A stretch of 64,000 nt of DNA. It comes from Lytechinus pictus (Eukaryota). The stretch covers positions 36,520,001-36,584,000 of the forward strand of contig NC_087245.1 in the NCBI RefSeq assembly GCF_037042905.1, written 5' to 3'. Positions 50,659-63,650 of the stretch are shown in pieces; the first letter of the stretch is position 1, and every line of letters starts with the position of its first letter. The notes beneath the pieces are model-generated. The model ran no database searches. It was not told where the DNA came from and saw only the letters and a list, made by a program, of their open reading frames with translations. The translations under genes were made by a program, and so were the position numbers.

Positions 50659-51691
50659 TGTAGCATAAAATTTTTGCCTGAACAGGGCCTAAATGTAATG
50701 TACTAGAACGTTGGCTGAATGCGGAATGAATCAAGAATTACTAGCAGAGCTTTAGATTGTGTTAGGAGGATAGGCAATTAAATCAAATGAGATAATTTGC
50801 GTTGCCAAGTGTTGGTCCTTCACAAATCCATGGAGGGCAATTCAATGAAGGGATTTATCCCCGCGATGATGTCATTTTAGGAGAGTGAGGAATATATTTG
50901 GATTGCAATCCTTTGCAGGAGTATTTGAATACTGTATAATGTAAGCTGAAAAAGGTGTATTTATATATACACAGGTTATACTAGTTTTACCCTGTTTATT
51001 TTAGAAAGCAGAGAGGACCGAAGGATAAGAGACATGAAGTTAAAATCTTCATCATCATCGTTGTACAGAAGAAGTAGGTAGTGCTTCCGATCGAAAGAGA
51101 GAGAGGGGATACAGAGATGAAGGAAGAGAAAAAGAGTATTGAGAAAAAAAGAAAGAGAATATATTGAGTATTGAGAAGCAATTTGTAGAGAGGGGGGGGG
51201 GGCTATTGATTTTCATCACTTTATTAAGGTGCTCATATAGGATCATCACAATAAATTATGAATTATGTAGATAATTTTCATGAGAGAGCTTACCAAAGGG
51301 GGGGAATAAGGCTTATTTTCATACAGATCTAATATGGAATATTCTCTACCAGCTTTCAAGCATAAATAGGGCTTGGAAAATTCGTTGCTCGTGTGAAACC
51401 TGTAGCTATCAACCTCGCACCGCACTTGTGCATTACGTCTTATCAACAAAAAAAGCAAAGGAGTCTTGATTGAGTTGCAGTGCGGCCGATGTAATTAGAT
51501 CAAGCACCAACATTTAAGGTCTCGGGATCAACGTCAAACAAGCTTGATGAATACTTTCCTGAACGTAACGAGTCCTCTGGTGCTATCCCGCTTGAGGTTC
51601 TTTCACCCATATAATTGGCTCAATTTGAATTGAAGGGGAGAGGGCAGTTGGGTTGTAGAGACAAGAAAGAGATAAGGAAGCCCTCATCATC

Positions 51692-51829
51692 GGGGGAGCA
51701 TTCCATGAAGAGCTCTGTCAGTGACTTTCATCCACTAATTTGCTCTTGGCCAATCAGATGCAAGGATTTCAGTAGCTTGTAACATCTGTCTGTGAAAATC
51801 CCTGTTAAAAATATTCATGAAACACTTCC
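51692..51829. mobile_element. Short Harbinger-like MITE relic
   Basis: ggggagcattccatgaa ... ttcatgaaacacttcc ends; ccaatcagatgcaaggatttcagtagctt core also present, inverted, at about 33482-33580. Confidence 0.55.
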
Positions 51830-54800
51830 TTGGGATGCTTTTTCATTCAAATAGTTTGTCAAACTAGGACTATTCACATCCTAGTCAAGCTGGGGTGACG
51901 GGAGGAGGATTCTTTTTTACTTTATTCTTTTACAAAGTGAACATTAATGGATTATATGAGAGGATGTTTTCTTCATTGCATTTAGTTGATGACGATGACC
52001 AAACTTTAGTGGATGCTAACCAGAATATTAGCGTCTACATAGTAACGTTGCATGACTGACTCAACTGCTTTTCACTCGTAGATGCTGATTTTCCTCCATG
52101 AATACAGGATGTTTTTTTCATTGCATTCCTGTCCTTCATAGTGGATGAGAACAAATCTTTTTATGTGTTCTTTTAGCCTCATTATGGACCTGCAATTGGA
52201 TGATTAGTATTTTTTCCCACTCTGTGAAATCTTGATTTTCTTGACAAAGGCATGGATAATCCTTAGTTTCATATTGGAAGACATGTTTTCATTGAAAAAG
52301 AAACTGGGTTTGGTGAAAAATCTTCAGATTGTTTGAGGTGCGAGGAAGCCAACAAATGATTATAATTCTTGAGTACTTGTATCTCATCTCTTTACTGTAT
52401 TCACGCTTTTGAATTACATCATTTTGTTGGACTGATTTTATTTTCAAGTAGCTTGGTCTTAGATGATTATGACAGAAGCCTTGAATCTAAGCCAGTTGAT
52501 GAAACAAACAATCACAATATTGCTGGAAATAAGGATATAATATTTTGTATGTTATGGATGACTGTTGATGTCAATTGAGGTAAGACATTTCAATACATGT
52601 ACATTCTTGACAATTGAAATGTACTTACATGTTCATATATTTGGCTCTAAAAAGCATCAGATCCACTATGTAGAGTGCTCAAGGCACTATTCAGGGTTAA
52701 GAAGTTAAGAAGAATTGAAAATAAATCTTTTAAGGTGTTTTTGTTTAAGTTACAAAATTTGAATCTTTGTGTTATGTTATGTATTATTGTTGGTATGTAG
52801 TTATTTTCATCTTAGAACTTTCTGTCCATTTCCCATTTATATCCATCAGTAAATTTTCTTTCCTTCTAGTTCTGCCAACTACATGTATGTCAAAAGTCAT
52901 GTTAGACATTGTTTTACTTTGAAACATAATTTATGCTTTGCACTTAATGCAAAATATAAAAAAACTCAATCAAAAGTTAACATTTTTGTATGAAGAACTC
53001 AGATGAAAATGATTTAAGCTAATGGTCAGTGTCCTATATTCATTTCTCATGAATTGATTGAAATTGATAGAAATCCTAATATGGATCCTTGTAAAAAAAA
53101 AACCAATATTTGCATCTTTTGATATTAAATTCACTGACAATTTAGCAGTAAAAGCTGAAGGCAGAATCAAGGTTGAACCATAATTGCGTTTAGATGTATT
53201 TTAGTAGCAATTTACACAGTGTGTCCAAGAATAACCAAAGCCAAACATGATCAATGATTCATCATGATTTAATCACAAATATAATAGATAAATTAACTAT
53301 CATTGTAAAGCTTTGAATCTCCTCTTTTACCTGGTATAACTTAAAAGATTATTCATTCCTACATGAATAAAAACATGTTAAGTCCAACAGCTAGCCTGTA
53401 AAACATTAAAATATTAAAATTCAAGTATCATTTATCATTTTCTCAGATGCAAGTATCATGTTAAAGAGCAGATATTAAACTTTTGAGATACAGTATATGA
53501 TTATATTGGAAAGTTCAGATACCATCCACCAAATGATTTTTTTTAATGTTTTCTTCAGAGTTAACTTATACATGAATCATCCAAGTTATATCATTTGAAA
53601 GAGGAGATTCTAAGCTTCACAATGATGGGTCATTTGTCTATTATATGTGTGATTAAGTTAAATGATGAAGCATCAATAATTCTTGGGTTTAATTGTTTCT
53701 GGGATGCAATGTATTGTGTGACTAAACTTTGATGCTATTTTTCGCTGTCAATAGATGGTATGCAATTTTTTATGCATGATATTTTTATTTCCATTCTTTG
53801 TCTTTTACTTTTGCCTTATGTTTATTTTTCTTGTTTTGTGTATGTTTATCCCTTCTTTTACCCCCTGTATAGCTGCTGTATCTTCTATTGCTGTTCTCTC
53901 ACATAGCTCCCCTGATTGTAAGTGTTTGCATGCAATATACCATACCTCCTTCCTTTTAATAAACTTTTAAAACTTTTATATTGCTCTATTAGAAAGAGTA
54001 TGAAATTAGTGACAAAATTGTGTCACCATGAAGTCTATCATACACTAGGAATACTTATATTATTTTTCCTTTCTTGCATCATTTGTTTGTTTATTAAATT
54101 TTTGCATACTTGAATACTTTTTTATGTATCTTTTAATTGGCTTACCGGTTTTGGCCTTTTTGTGAATTATGGCCTTTAAGTTTGGAACACACATAAAGTA
54201 ACTCCTGTATTTGCCTATTCATTGTATATATGTTGGGTAATAATAGAAATGAATTAAAAACAACCATCTATATTTTGTTTCTGAATGACTTCATAGCTGT
54301 TAGATGACGTATTGGCATTGACACCTTAGTGAGTCAGGGTGTTTCCTCTTGCCTCAATATTATGTCAGTGCTAATACACCCAATTATAATTATCTCTGCA
54401 CACCGGTGTTGATTAGGTGTCGTTCACACTTCCATTTCTCAACTACATTTTTGGTTACCTTTAAGAGATACATTATCACTCTCTTAAATGTTATTGTAAA
54501 AAAATTACTAATAATTATTTTCTGGCATTTTAGTGATTTAAAAATGTGTTTTTGGTCTACATGATTTGCCTGTGCAATATCAGAGCTTATTGCACGACGC
54601 ATCAAAGTCTGACAATTTTCCCAAGGAGTTATTTACAAAACTTCCAGTACGATATCATGCCATATTTCATGGCCTGATGAACAATAACCATGAAAAAAAA
54701 GGTGATAATAATTATATTTTCATACCTTTTCTTCATGGGACACCAGAAATATTTTACCAGTTATGCATAATTTTGCCCTCATCCCTGCTTTGTGCAATAT

Positions 54801-54875
54801 TGGCCTAACTCGTGGAATATTCCCTTCCAAAATATAGAATTGATTTTTGTCTTTGTTTTCTTTATTGTGTTTCAG

Positions 54876-54944
54876 ACCAAGATTGGTTGGATCTGTTACG
54901 ACCTCCTATGACTTCAGTGGCTGTTCAGGCGCCCCATGATGAAG
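54876..54944 (+). CDS. MYRIP: MYRIP-like small exon (DQDWLDLLRPPMTSVAVQAPHDE)
   Basis: Strong tttattgtgtttcag acceptor; weaker AAG|GTATAC donor; 69 nt symmetric phase 1-1, open in the required frame. Confidence 0.7.
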
Positions 54945-55785
54945 GTATACCCACAAACTTCTTTTATTTGACCATTTCTGTCTAATACTTGCACCATATT
55001 AGAGTGGCAGTAGATTCAATCTTATCTCAACTTGCCACCGATTTCTCTTTAAAGCCCCTCAAAAGCTTTGGTAAATCTTATAAAAGTTAAGCGGTGTTTC
55101 ATTCTTTGTTTTTAGTTGTTGATTCTTAATTTTTAATGTTCAAACATTTAGCACCCTCTGTTCATAATGCCTTATTCATTTTTCTGCAAAAGAGGGCTTT
55201 AAATGCTTATAACCAAAAAAAAAATTATTGGACTTTGAAAAGCTGCATACAAGTATTATGTCCTAAATTTTCAGTCCATGCCATGATTGAGAAATGGCTT
55301 TATATCCAAAAGTGATATGATTCACAGATATTGAATTTGTTTTAATTCTACACTCAATCAAATATACACATTTTTTTTTTATATGATTACTGTTATCATA
55401 AATGATTATTATTATAAAGATTATGATGATGGTGTGGTTGATTATGAATGTAATTGGATATGATAATGATGCTGATGATGATTGTGGTGATGATAGTAAT
55501 GATTTTCCATTTATGTAGACCCCATTTGGCAATTTTATTTACAATAAAGCATGAATTTCACATTCACAGAAGTCAAATGACATTATTGAAATAAATGTTT
55601 TAATATACTCCCATTTTTTTATAAAATTTTTATTTTTTCCATTTCTAAATCATTGTTCTAAATTGTTGGTGACCTGCTGTATTTTTGTGGAATGAAACAG
55701 ATTCTTGTTCAGCTTTGAGAAGAATGATTGTTGTTTACAAAGGTCAAATACAATTCTTAGCAACATTCTCCTTTTCTTTGAATTC

Positions 55786-56094
55786 AATATTTTGAAGTCA
55801 GGTTTAATTTAAACTCTGGTTTAAAGTTGTGGTTTAACAATGGGAAGTCAGTTGTCGCATAATCCTGTAACAGTAGAGGTTGAATGTATCAGCTCATTTT
55901 AGTCTCAAATAATTCTTAATTGTTTAGGAAGGATGAATACGATAGTTGTCTTCACCATGACAAAATTAGGAAAGAGCACAGTGAACATTAGAAGCATTTA
56001 ATGAAAACATAATTTTGACATATTTCGCTTCCCATAATTTTAGCACTAAGTTAGACCATGGTCTAAGTTAAACCTGACTTCAGAATACGCGCCA
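55786..56094. mobile_element. PIF/Harbinger-like MITE, family B copy 2 (inverted, more degenerate)
   Basis: tgaagtcaggtttaa ... ttaaacctgacttcagaatacgcgcca; interior resembles the reverse complement of the 18513 copy. Confidence 0.75.
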
Positions 56095-56367
56095 AGGTGT
56101 ACAGTCTATTTGACTTACGAGTAAACAGAGAAGAAGATATCTTCAAATATTTCCAATAAGAATACAGAATTTAAAGAAAATATTCAAATGTTTCAATAAA
56201 TGTACTGAATTTATGGTAATGATGGTACTTATTGAAAGTGGTGACAGAATCTTAATTAGTTTCTGATCACTAATACCTACCCTGCTGCGTACAAATCAGC
56301 ATGCATGATTCCCATCAATACATGTTCATGAAATTCATGTGAATTTCTAAATTTATTTTTTTCCTAG

Positions 56368-56432
56368 ATTACTCTTTGGAAGACATAATAAAACCATCTG
56401 TTGCCACAGAAGATAGATGTAGTATACCTGAT
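56368..56432 (+). CDS. MYRIP: MYRIP-like small exon (DYSLEDIIKPSVATEDRCSIPD)
   Basis: ttttttcctag acceptor; GAT|GTAAGT donor; 65 nt, phase 1 to 0, exactly the phase change needed to enter the large exon. Confidence 0.8.
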
Positions 56433-57984
56433 GTAAGTATCATTATATTCTTATATGTCAACTATTGAATTAGTGTATTTTCCAGCAAAGTAACTCTTAA
56501 AACTAAATCCAATATTCCTCATTGAAAGGTTTATTTAATTTTAGTTGTTATTGCATGGAATCTTGTTGTTATTGTCTGTTTATCATTTAAAAAGGACATT
56601 TTCAATTGCTTTTGACATTTCTGTTTATTGAGATATATGACTTCAAAATTACTATGGCAACAATTATTCCTTTTTTATCAAATTTTCATCAAAACTTCGA
56701 ATACATTTCTTAGAACAGCAATTTGTATTTAGTAATGTACTAGAAGTATCAGTGATACAGATGAAGATGCATTTATATTTTTGTTATAACTGTGTGGAAT
56801 GAATGTTTCAGTTATATATTGTAATCCGTATTTAATGCCTCTATTTTGTGATCCAGTACGTTTTGCGCTTCGTTTAGCACCTTTTATCAGTTTGTGCATG
56901 ACCAATCGTTATATTTGTGTGAGTATATTGTCTTTTACCTTTTTATTTTATGATTTTGCTTGTAGTCAGAAATATTTATGTGTTGATATTATTATTTGTT
57001 TGCTTCAAAATGTGTGTCTGAATGACAGTTATCTGTAAGGCCATAAGAATTGGTATATGTTACTAAGAGATTTCCATGCATTTCTCCTATATTTAAATAG
57101 ATATATCATATATCGGTTGGCTGCAAGAATAATAAAGCACCCTAACTTACAAATTTCCTTCTCTAAACCTTTTTTTTTTTGGCTTGTTAATTGGTGTTTT
57201 TAAACCGATACAAATCAGCAGTCTTGAATAGCTCCACCTCAAGGCCTCAAATCCTTAATCTGGCCTGGTTACTAACCCAACATGCAACACTTAACAAGTG
57301 TATTCTTACAATATAGGCCCAATTGATGATAAAACTGTTATTCGCTACTCAATAGGCCTACATTTATACCACAATAGTTATGTTACCAAGTATCAAACCA
57401 AGTGTGGGTTTTCCCCTCACAACATTCAAGTTTCACTATGTAAATAAAATTTAGGCTAAATATGTTAGAGAGTGCAATATGCTATCAGATGTACTCTCAA
57501 AAGGGATAATTATAAGACTAGCTTATGTAACACACAGTCTATTAGAGACTTCACTCAGTGTGGGTCAGGTTGGTCTCACTTTGATATTTGCAAGAAAGTT
57601 ATTGATATATGCCTTAGATTTACCTGTTATGACTGCTTCATTTATTAGAGCAATGTCACCTGTGATTTAGTTGTATTTTATAGCACCAGTTTTGGCTCAA
57701 AATGTCTGTTTTTAGGAAGCAATGTTGAATTTAACCCTGGACCAACAAGTTTTCACATACAGTGTACACCCTTAATCTTTAGGCTACGTAAGATTCCCAA
57801 AGCAAACTTCACTATTTTTTCAATGACGCAAGTTGTATCATTAAGTAAATACTTTATAGGTTTTCTTTATATTTCGCCAATGTCATGTTATTGACAAAAT
57901 AATATAGGTAGTATTTGATGATAGGCCAGTGATTAATTGTTTGCTATTATTGATTTGCAATTACTGATTCATTTTTTATTTCAG

Positions 57985-60573
57985 AGATGCACCTGCAAGA
58001 GTGGGAAGGAGAGAAATGGATCTTCCGGCCCAAGTCTGATTGTGTACGATCCCAAGGGCGACAAGGTCTGTAAAGAGAGGGAGAAAAGCGAGCAGGTTCC
58101 ACCTCCAGTGGCCAACGGGCGTGGCGGAGACGCAATGCTCTTTCACATCCTCTCACCCATCGAGGAGATGTCTTCTCCCGAGTGCTCAGACAGGGGGGAA
58201 TCGGGAAGCAAGCCAGGAAGCCCGGCGGTTGTTGGTGATACTCTTCCTCCGGTTGCTGCTAAGATTGTTCAAGATGTTGCTTGTTGTCATGGTGGTGATG
58301 GCAGCAAGGAATGCACTCCAGTGAAAGAGGAGGGTGATGATGAACTGGATGCAGGTCGTCATGGCAATGATGAGGGTGAACAAGAGGAGGATGAGGAGAG
58401 TATGATATCCCCAAGGGAGCTTGACTCTGGGATTCATCTTGCTTTTTCAAATTCCATGGATGGAGACATGAATGGTCCGTGTCCTGATGCCATTGAAGCA
58501 GACAAGATGCTGTCACAGAGACTCAAGATGCAGAATATAGGATGTTCAGAGTCCTTTGAAAGTGTTTCCAGTGCATCATTTAGTCTACTTAGCCTGGATG
58601 CCAACGATACCCTAGATAGTCTAGAGACACACATTCACTCCTCTCACAGTGACTTACATTCACCACCACCAGACATCCATGAAGACTTTGATTCAACAAA
58701 CAGCACATTGACGGGGAAGGTGGAGAATGTAGAGGATGAATGGAAATTGAGTGAAGCGGAAAGGACAAACTTGAGCCGAAGCTCCAGTGAAGACACCTTG
58801 AAGAGCGATGAGGATGAAGAAGGATTAGGGCCAAGGGAACTCTCAATGGAAGAGTTCTTGGATCAGATCCAAACTCGGACAACTTCCATGACAGAAGAGG
58901 AAGAATCAAAGTATGAGGATGAGGAGCAGGATCCTTCGATCAAGAGCTTCCAAGATGGAGAAGAAGGATGTGCTTCGAGAGAAGAAGAGTCAGAAAACAG
59001 AGATCATGTATCATTAAACCTTGAGTTTCATCCGCGTTCATTTTACAAACGTTCCCGATCCAGTGATGATTTCCGTAACATGAGAGATGAGGATCATAAT
59101 GATGATCCAGGAAGCAACAGCGATGGTGAGGACACAAAAGCAAAGTCAAAAGGCAAGCATCACAGAAATGGAAAATTTAATTCAAACCGTTTCATCCGGT
59201 ACGATTCACTCCCTCTGGTTGTTGAAGTTTACGAAGCAGACAGCAATAGTCCGTCCTTCTCACCAAGTGATGTCACCAGGTCTCGCTTTGTCTATGATAG
59301 CCAAGACAGCGAGTCCCCAAACAGAGGTTCACCGAAGCGTCAAGTCTTCAGTCCAAGTAAATCAGGGAAGCATAATCAACCAAAGAAATCTAAAGATGTT
59401 GGTCAGAGTCGACAGACATCTGTTGAGTCAACAACAACAGAGAGCACTCTGCCCAAAAGCACACCTATTTCCTCAGGTCCCACAACGCCTGACTTTGAGT
59501 GCAAGCGAAAGAACAGCCTGTCAACAGTATCATCAGAGTCGGAGGGCTCTCCTGATACCCTCAAAAGAGATAAAATCCTATTCACTCGCCAACTGCTCCA
59601 GCAGCATAAGGAATATCATCAGTCAGAAGGGATAAGACCGAGCACGAGTCACAAGATGCGAAGTCTTAGCCACAGTGACGCTGATCCTATACCCTACAGA
59701 CCTAAAGGTGGAATGGCCAGCAATGGACAACTTCAGAAGCAATTATCTCTTCCAAAACAGGGCAGCTTGCATGATGATGAAGAGGAAATTCTTGCAGGAT
59801 ACAGGAGACTAAAACATCATGACAGCACATCTCAGGGCATGTCTGCATCTGGAGAGGATGCAGATCTTGAGCAAGAGGGATGTGAGGATGAGTACGAAGA
59901 GAGAGATTACAGTTGTGGCGTCTCCAACAGTGATGAGATCACAGGTCTCTTGTCAGAACAAGATGTCTGTGACAGTAGTGATAATGAGGAGGAGGATTTT
60001 GAGGATGCTAATAGTACCTTGACAGATGACATCAATGGCAATGATGACGGCAATCATAATGAAGACATTGCCAGTGTCCAGGATACAGATGGAGCAAGGA
60101 AGGTGTCTTCCAGACAAGAAGAAGATTGTTTGTGTCCGGATCAAGAACACCTAGAGGAGAGCATATCCGAAAGCTTCCCTGCATGCTTTGAGGATCAGTC
60201 TTCTTCCCCGAACCAAGACCCAAAAGACACAGATGATGCTCTTGCTGACACTATCAATGCAAGTTCTTTCCAAGATGACAGTGCTGCACCTCAAGAAGAT
60301 CTAAACTGCAAGGATCTTAGTAGCTCTTTACAGAATGAAGAAGTATATAACAGCAAGATAAAACCAGAAGAAAGAGAAGAGTCTGAAATAGGTAGAGCTG
60401 AAGCTCATGTAGTTAACGATGAGGAGGATGCTGTTGGAGAGAAAGAGGAGATGACACCAAAGATGCTAAAGAGGAAGGAAGAAGCCGACCTTGCAAACCT
60501 CACCTACAAGTTGTCCATCAAGCAGGGTGAGGTCTTACAGTCAGCAGAAGAGGTGCTTTCATCGGCAAATCAG
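57985..60573 (+). CDS. MYRIP: MYRIP-like giant exon (2589 nt, 863 codons): acidic, Ser-rich low-complexity region ending in a coiled-coil start
   Basis: Lies within the 901-aa ORF 57937-60642; ttttttatttcag acceptor and CAG|GTATAT donor; phase 0 to 0. Confidence 0.9.
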
Positions 60574-61810
60574 GTATATTTCTTAATCACATTTTCTTCC
60601 CTTCCACCATATAATATATTGGACCATCTGCCTCACAACTAACACTAATTAAGTCACTAGGAAAGGTGCTCTGTGATTAACCAAAATAGGCCAGGGTGCT
60701 GGAGACTACACTCTCCATTTTTCTGCTCATCTTCTAGCAATTGTTACCTTTTTATTTCAGTGTTCAGCCCCCCTCCCCTCTTTCAAAACATTCTGTGTCC
60801 TCGCTCTTGATTTGGTCTTAAAAAATAAAAGAATCAGAAAATCAGAATAATCATGCATATAAGAATATTGATAATAAATTTTGATAAGTTATCATTTAGA
60901 TTCTTCTTTCAAACTTAATGTGAGTTTTGATGTGGATGGTGATATTCTTCAGATGATGCTGAAACAATGCTATACTCTTTTAGTTTCATATTTTCCGTAG
61001 CTGATTATTTCAGCAATATGGTACCTATCACCAAAGTTTTGGTTTGAAATCTTAAGCCATGATGTCCATTCATTGAAGGAATAGCATGACAGGCCAAAAC
61101 ACTAATTTTGCAAGAGAAATATCTTAGGCTTAGAAATTGGTCTTAAAGGGAATTCCCAATAGTTTGAAATAATTCATTTGTGATCAAGAATATAATTGTA
61201 AAAAATGAAAACATTGAAAATTTGATGATTTTCATTCTTAATTTAATGCATTTTTGACAAATTATTTGTGGCCTGGTCAGGGTCAACCTAAATGTATGAG
61301 CAAGATGTATGTTAAGAAAGATGACATGAAATACACCTGGTCAATGCATGTACTAGACTGCACGGAGTGTACTGATAACCTGCATTTCAGCTGAATTTTT
61401 GTGATAAAATCACCACAATGACATCATTAGGCCTATTTCAGTTGAAATTGGAATACTATTGAGGTGCCCCCAAATTACTACTTTTATTTTGATTATTTGG
61501 CAACAAATTTTGTTAGATATTTCAATAAGCTGATTTTGGCTAATGAGATATCGATTTTCAAATGAAGGAATATGGTTCAACCATTAAATAAAAAAATAAA
61601 AAAATAAAATTCATCTGTCAAAAAAGTGTGTATACCAAGGAACTATTTTCCTTAGAGACGTCCTTCTGATGTACTAACCGCTATTTAAAAGCAGAATTTT
61701 ATTATTATGATTGTTCTCTTTGTAAAATCTAGATTATTTAGCTTTATCTGTTCAATGTTTTCTAGAAAATGATAAATAATATATATGTAAAGTGATAATG
61801 TATCTGTTAA

Positions 61811-62224
61811 GGCGACCGCACACCTTACGACTGGTCTGCGACCCGATATTGGAACAAATCACGTTTTGCTCATTATCTGAAGATGTGAATGGAACATATC
61901 ATTTTATTTGAGGTTAGAATTAATTGAAATAATTATATTATAACAATTTTGAAATATTGCAAGCCCTTATTTTGGAGTAAAGTCCAAATTAGTTTCAAAT
62001 CGTAGCCAATCGTAAGACTGCTATGACGTCATTACGACTAGATATTAAATTCGCTTTTATTCTAAGAATGATGATAGCATAGTCACAAATTTGATCATAG
62101 GTATTCGTACGATGATTTCGAACATTACACAGTAACTTATTCCAAGTCTCAATATTAGCATCAAATTCTATTACATTTTATTCTGAAATCGGGTCGGAGA
62201 CCAGTCGTAAGGTGTGCGGTGGCC
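61811..62224. mobile_element. MITE (Harbinger-like; TTAA/TWA flanks) inserted in a LINE-type 3' tail
   Basis: About 37-bp TIR GGC(G/C)ACCGCACACCTTACGACTGGTCT(G/C)CGACCCGAT; interrupts tatctgt|aaagcgcttagacac. Confidence 0.88.
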
Positions 62225-62372
62225 TTAAAGCGCTTAGACACGTCGTTTCGATGTATTAAGCGCTATATAAAAGCGAATTATTATCATTATTATTATTGTA
62301 AAGTGATAAATAATTTTGCTCAATTGGGAATATAACATCCTCTTTCTTCCGTTATTTATTTGTTTTTTTTAG

Positions 62373-62516
62373 CTTTCCAACATCCAAAATGAAGTAGATG
62401 CCCTTGATTACATCTTGACGTCACTGGAAAGGAAGGTTGCAAAGGGAGTTCTTTCTAGTCAGACTAGCAGTGAATATGATGAATCAGAAGGAGGTGAATT
62501 GGCCGTAAGTCCACAG
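62373..62516 (+). CDS. MYRIP: MYRIP-like exon (LSNIQNEVDALDYILTSLERKVAKGVLSSQTSSEYDESEGGELAVSPQ)
   Basis: Poly-T ag acceptor; donor CAG|GTTAGT after 62516, or in-frame GCC|GTAAGT after 62504; heptad-like pattern continues from the previous exon. Confidence 0.85.
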
Positions 62517-62688
62517 GTTAGTATCACAAAGGGGGGGGGCATGGGCAAGACGAATTCAAGGTAACATCTTTTTCCTCTTGGGTGAATATTATTTGGCAAG
62601 CAACAAAATCTCCCCAAGTTTCTATTCCCTTTCTTTTTCCTCCCCCATTTTGTCTAATTTCTCTCTCTTTCTCTCACTCTCTCTCTCT

Positions 62689-62691
<3 letters not shown>

Positions 62692-62751
<60 letters not shown>
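62692..62751. repeat. (TA)n microsatellite
   Basis: Direct observation. Confidence 0.97.
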
Positions 62752-62754
<3 letters not shown>

Positions 62755-62990
62755 ATATTTTTTTACTTCATGAAAAATCACAAGGAGTGAATTGTTTTCC
62801 TTGATGAAATAAGAAAATTTGCCTGTAATAAATCATTTAAGTTTTGTCAGTGATGAAAGTAGATATACGAATAATATATTGAATGAGTATAAAACAAAAT
62901 AAAAGAAGTAAAACTGGAGTGAGACATTTAAAAAAGAGAACTTTATTAACAATATAGTTGATATGTCTTATCATTTTGATTCATTCTCAG

Positions 62991-63065
62991 GAGCTTGTGA
63001 AGGAGGACCTCTGTGATTTAGAAGTACGACTTTCTCAAACAGACGATGACAATCCCGACTCACAG
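62991..63065 (+). CDS. MYRIP: MYRIP-like exon (ELVKEDLCDLEVRLSQTDDDNPDSQ)
   Basis: ttcattctcag acceptor; CAG|GTAAGA donor; 75 nt, phase 0-0. Confidence 0.85.
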
Positions 63066-63650
63066 GTAAGAAATTGCTAATTGTAAAAAAAAGACAGCCA
63101 TAATAGAGTTTCTGGAATGGGGCTCAACTATACTGGTGCCCCAGAAGGGGGGTACTTGGATTTGGAAAGGGTAGTAGGAGTGTGCGGCCCCGAAAAAGGT
63201 GAAACCATACCCTTAAGAACTGAAGTTTCTATGAAATGAAGGGATTAAACATTAGATGATTTTCTGCAAATGGGGACGGTATTTGGGAACTGGAATTTAA
63301 CATGAAATATGGGTCTTTGAGAACTGACGCCTGAAATGAGCAGCTTATGAATGGGGGAGAGCAGGTTGGTCAATGGAAAAGGGTGAAAATGATGTCCTTG
63401 GGAACTGCTGGCAAGGTGTGAAAAGACGGCCTTGAGGTTTACGCATACCCATACTGCCAATATACATGATTGCCCCCATCCCCCACCAGATTGCTGCACT
63501 TTGCATAAATAGAACCAAAAAAAAGATTGAGATATGATATTATGAGGCATTTTCAGATTGTGCAAAATATTGATAGTAGGCAAACTGCTTTAAAGATCTA
63601 ATGAATATAAACCAAATTTTCTTGCAAATTTTTTACATGTAAAATTTCAG

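Noticed and set aside
52369..52578. Selenocysteine or read-through exon (TGA immediately before the donor, in frame with exon 54876)
   Set aside because: No supporting SECIS or homology evidence; a one-in-three frame coincidence.
57937..60642. Stand-alone single-exon 901-aa gene
   Set aside because: The ORF starts at a non-ATG codon and its ends run into intron sequence; splice sites and phases link it to the flanking MYRIP-like exons.
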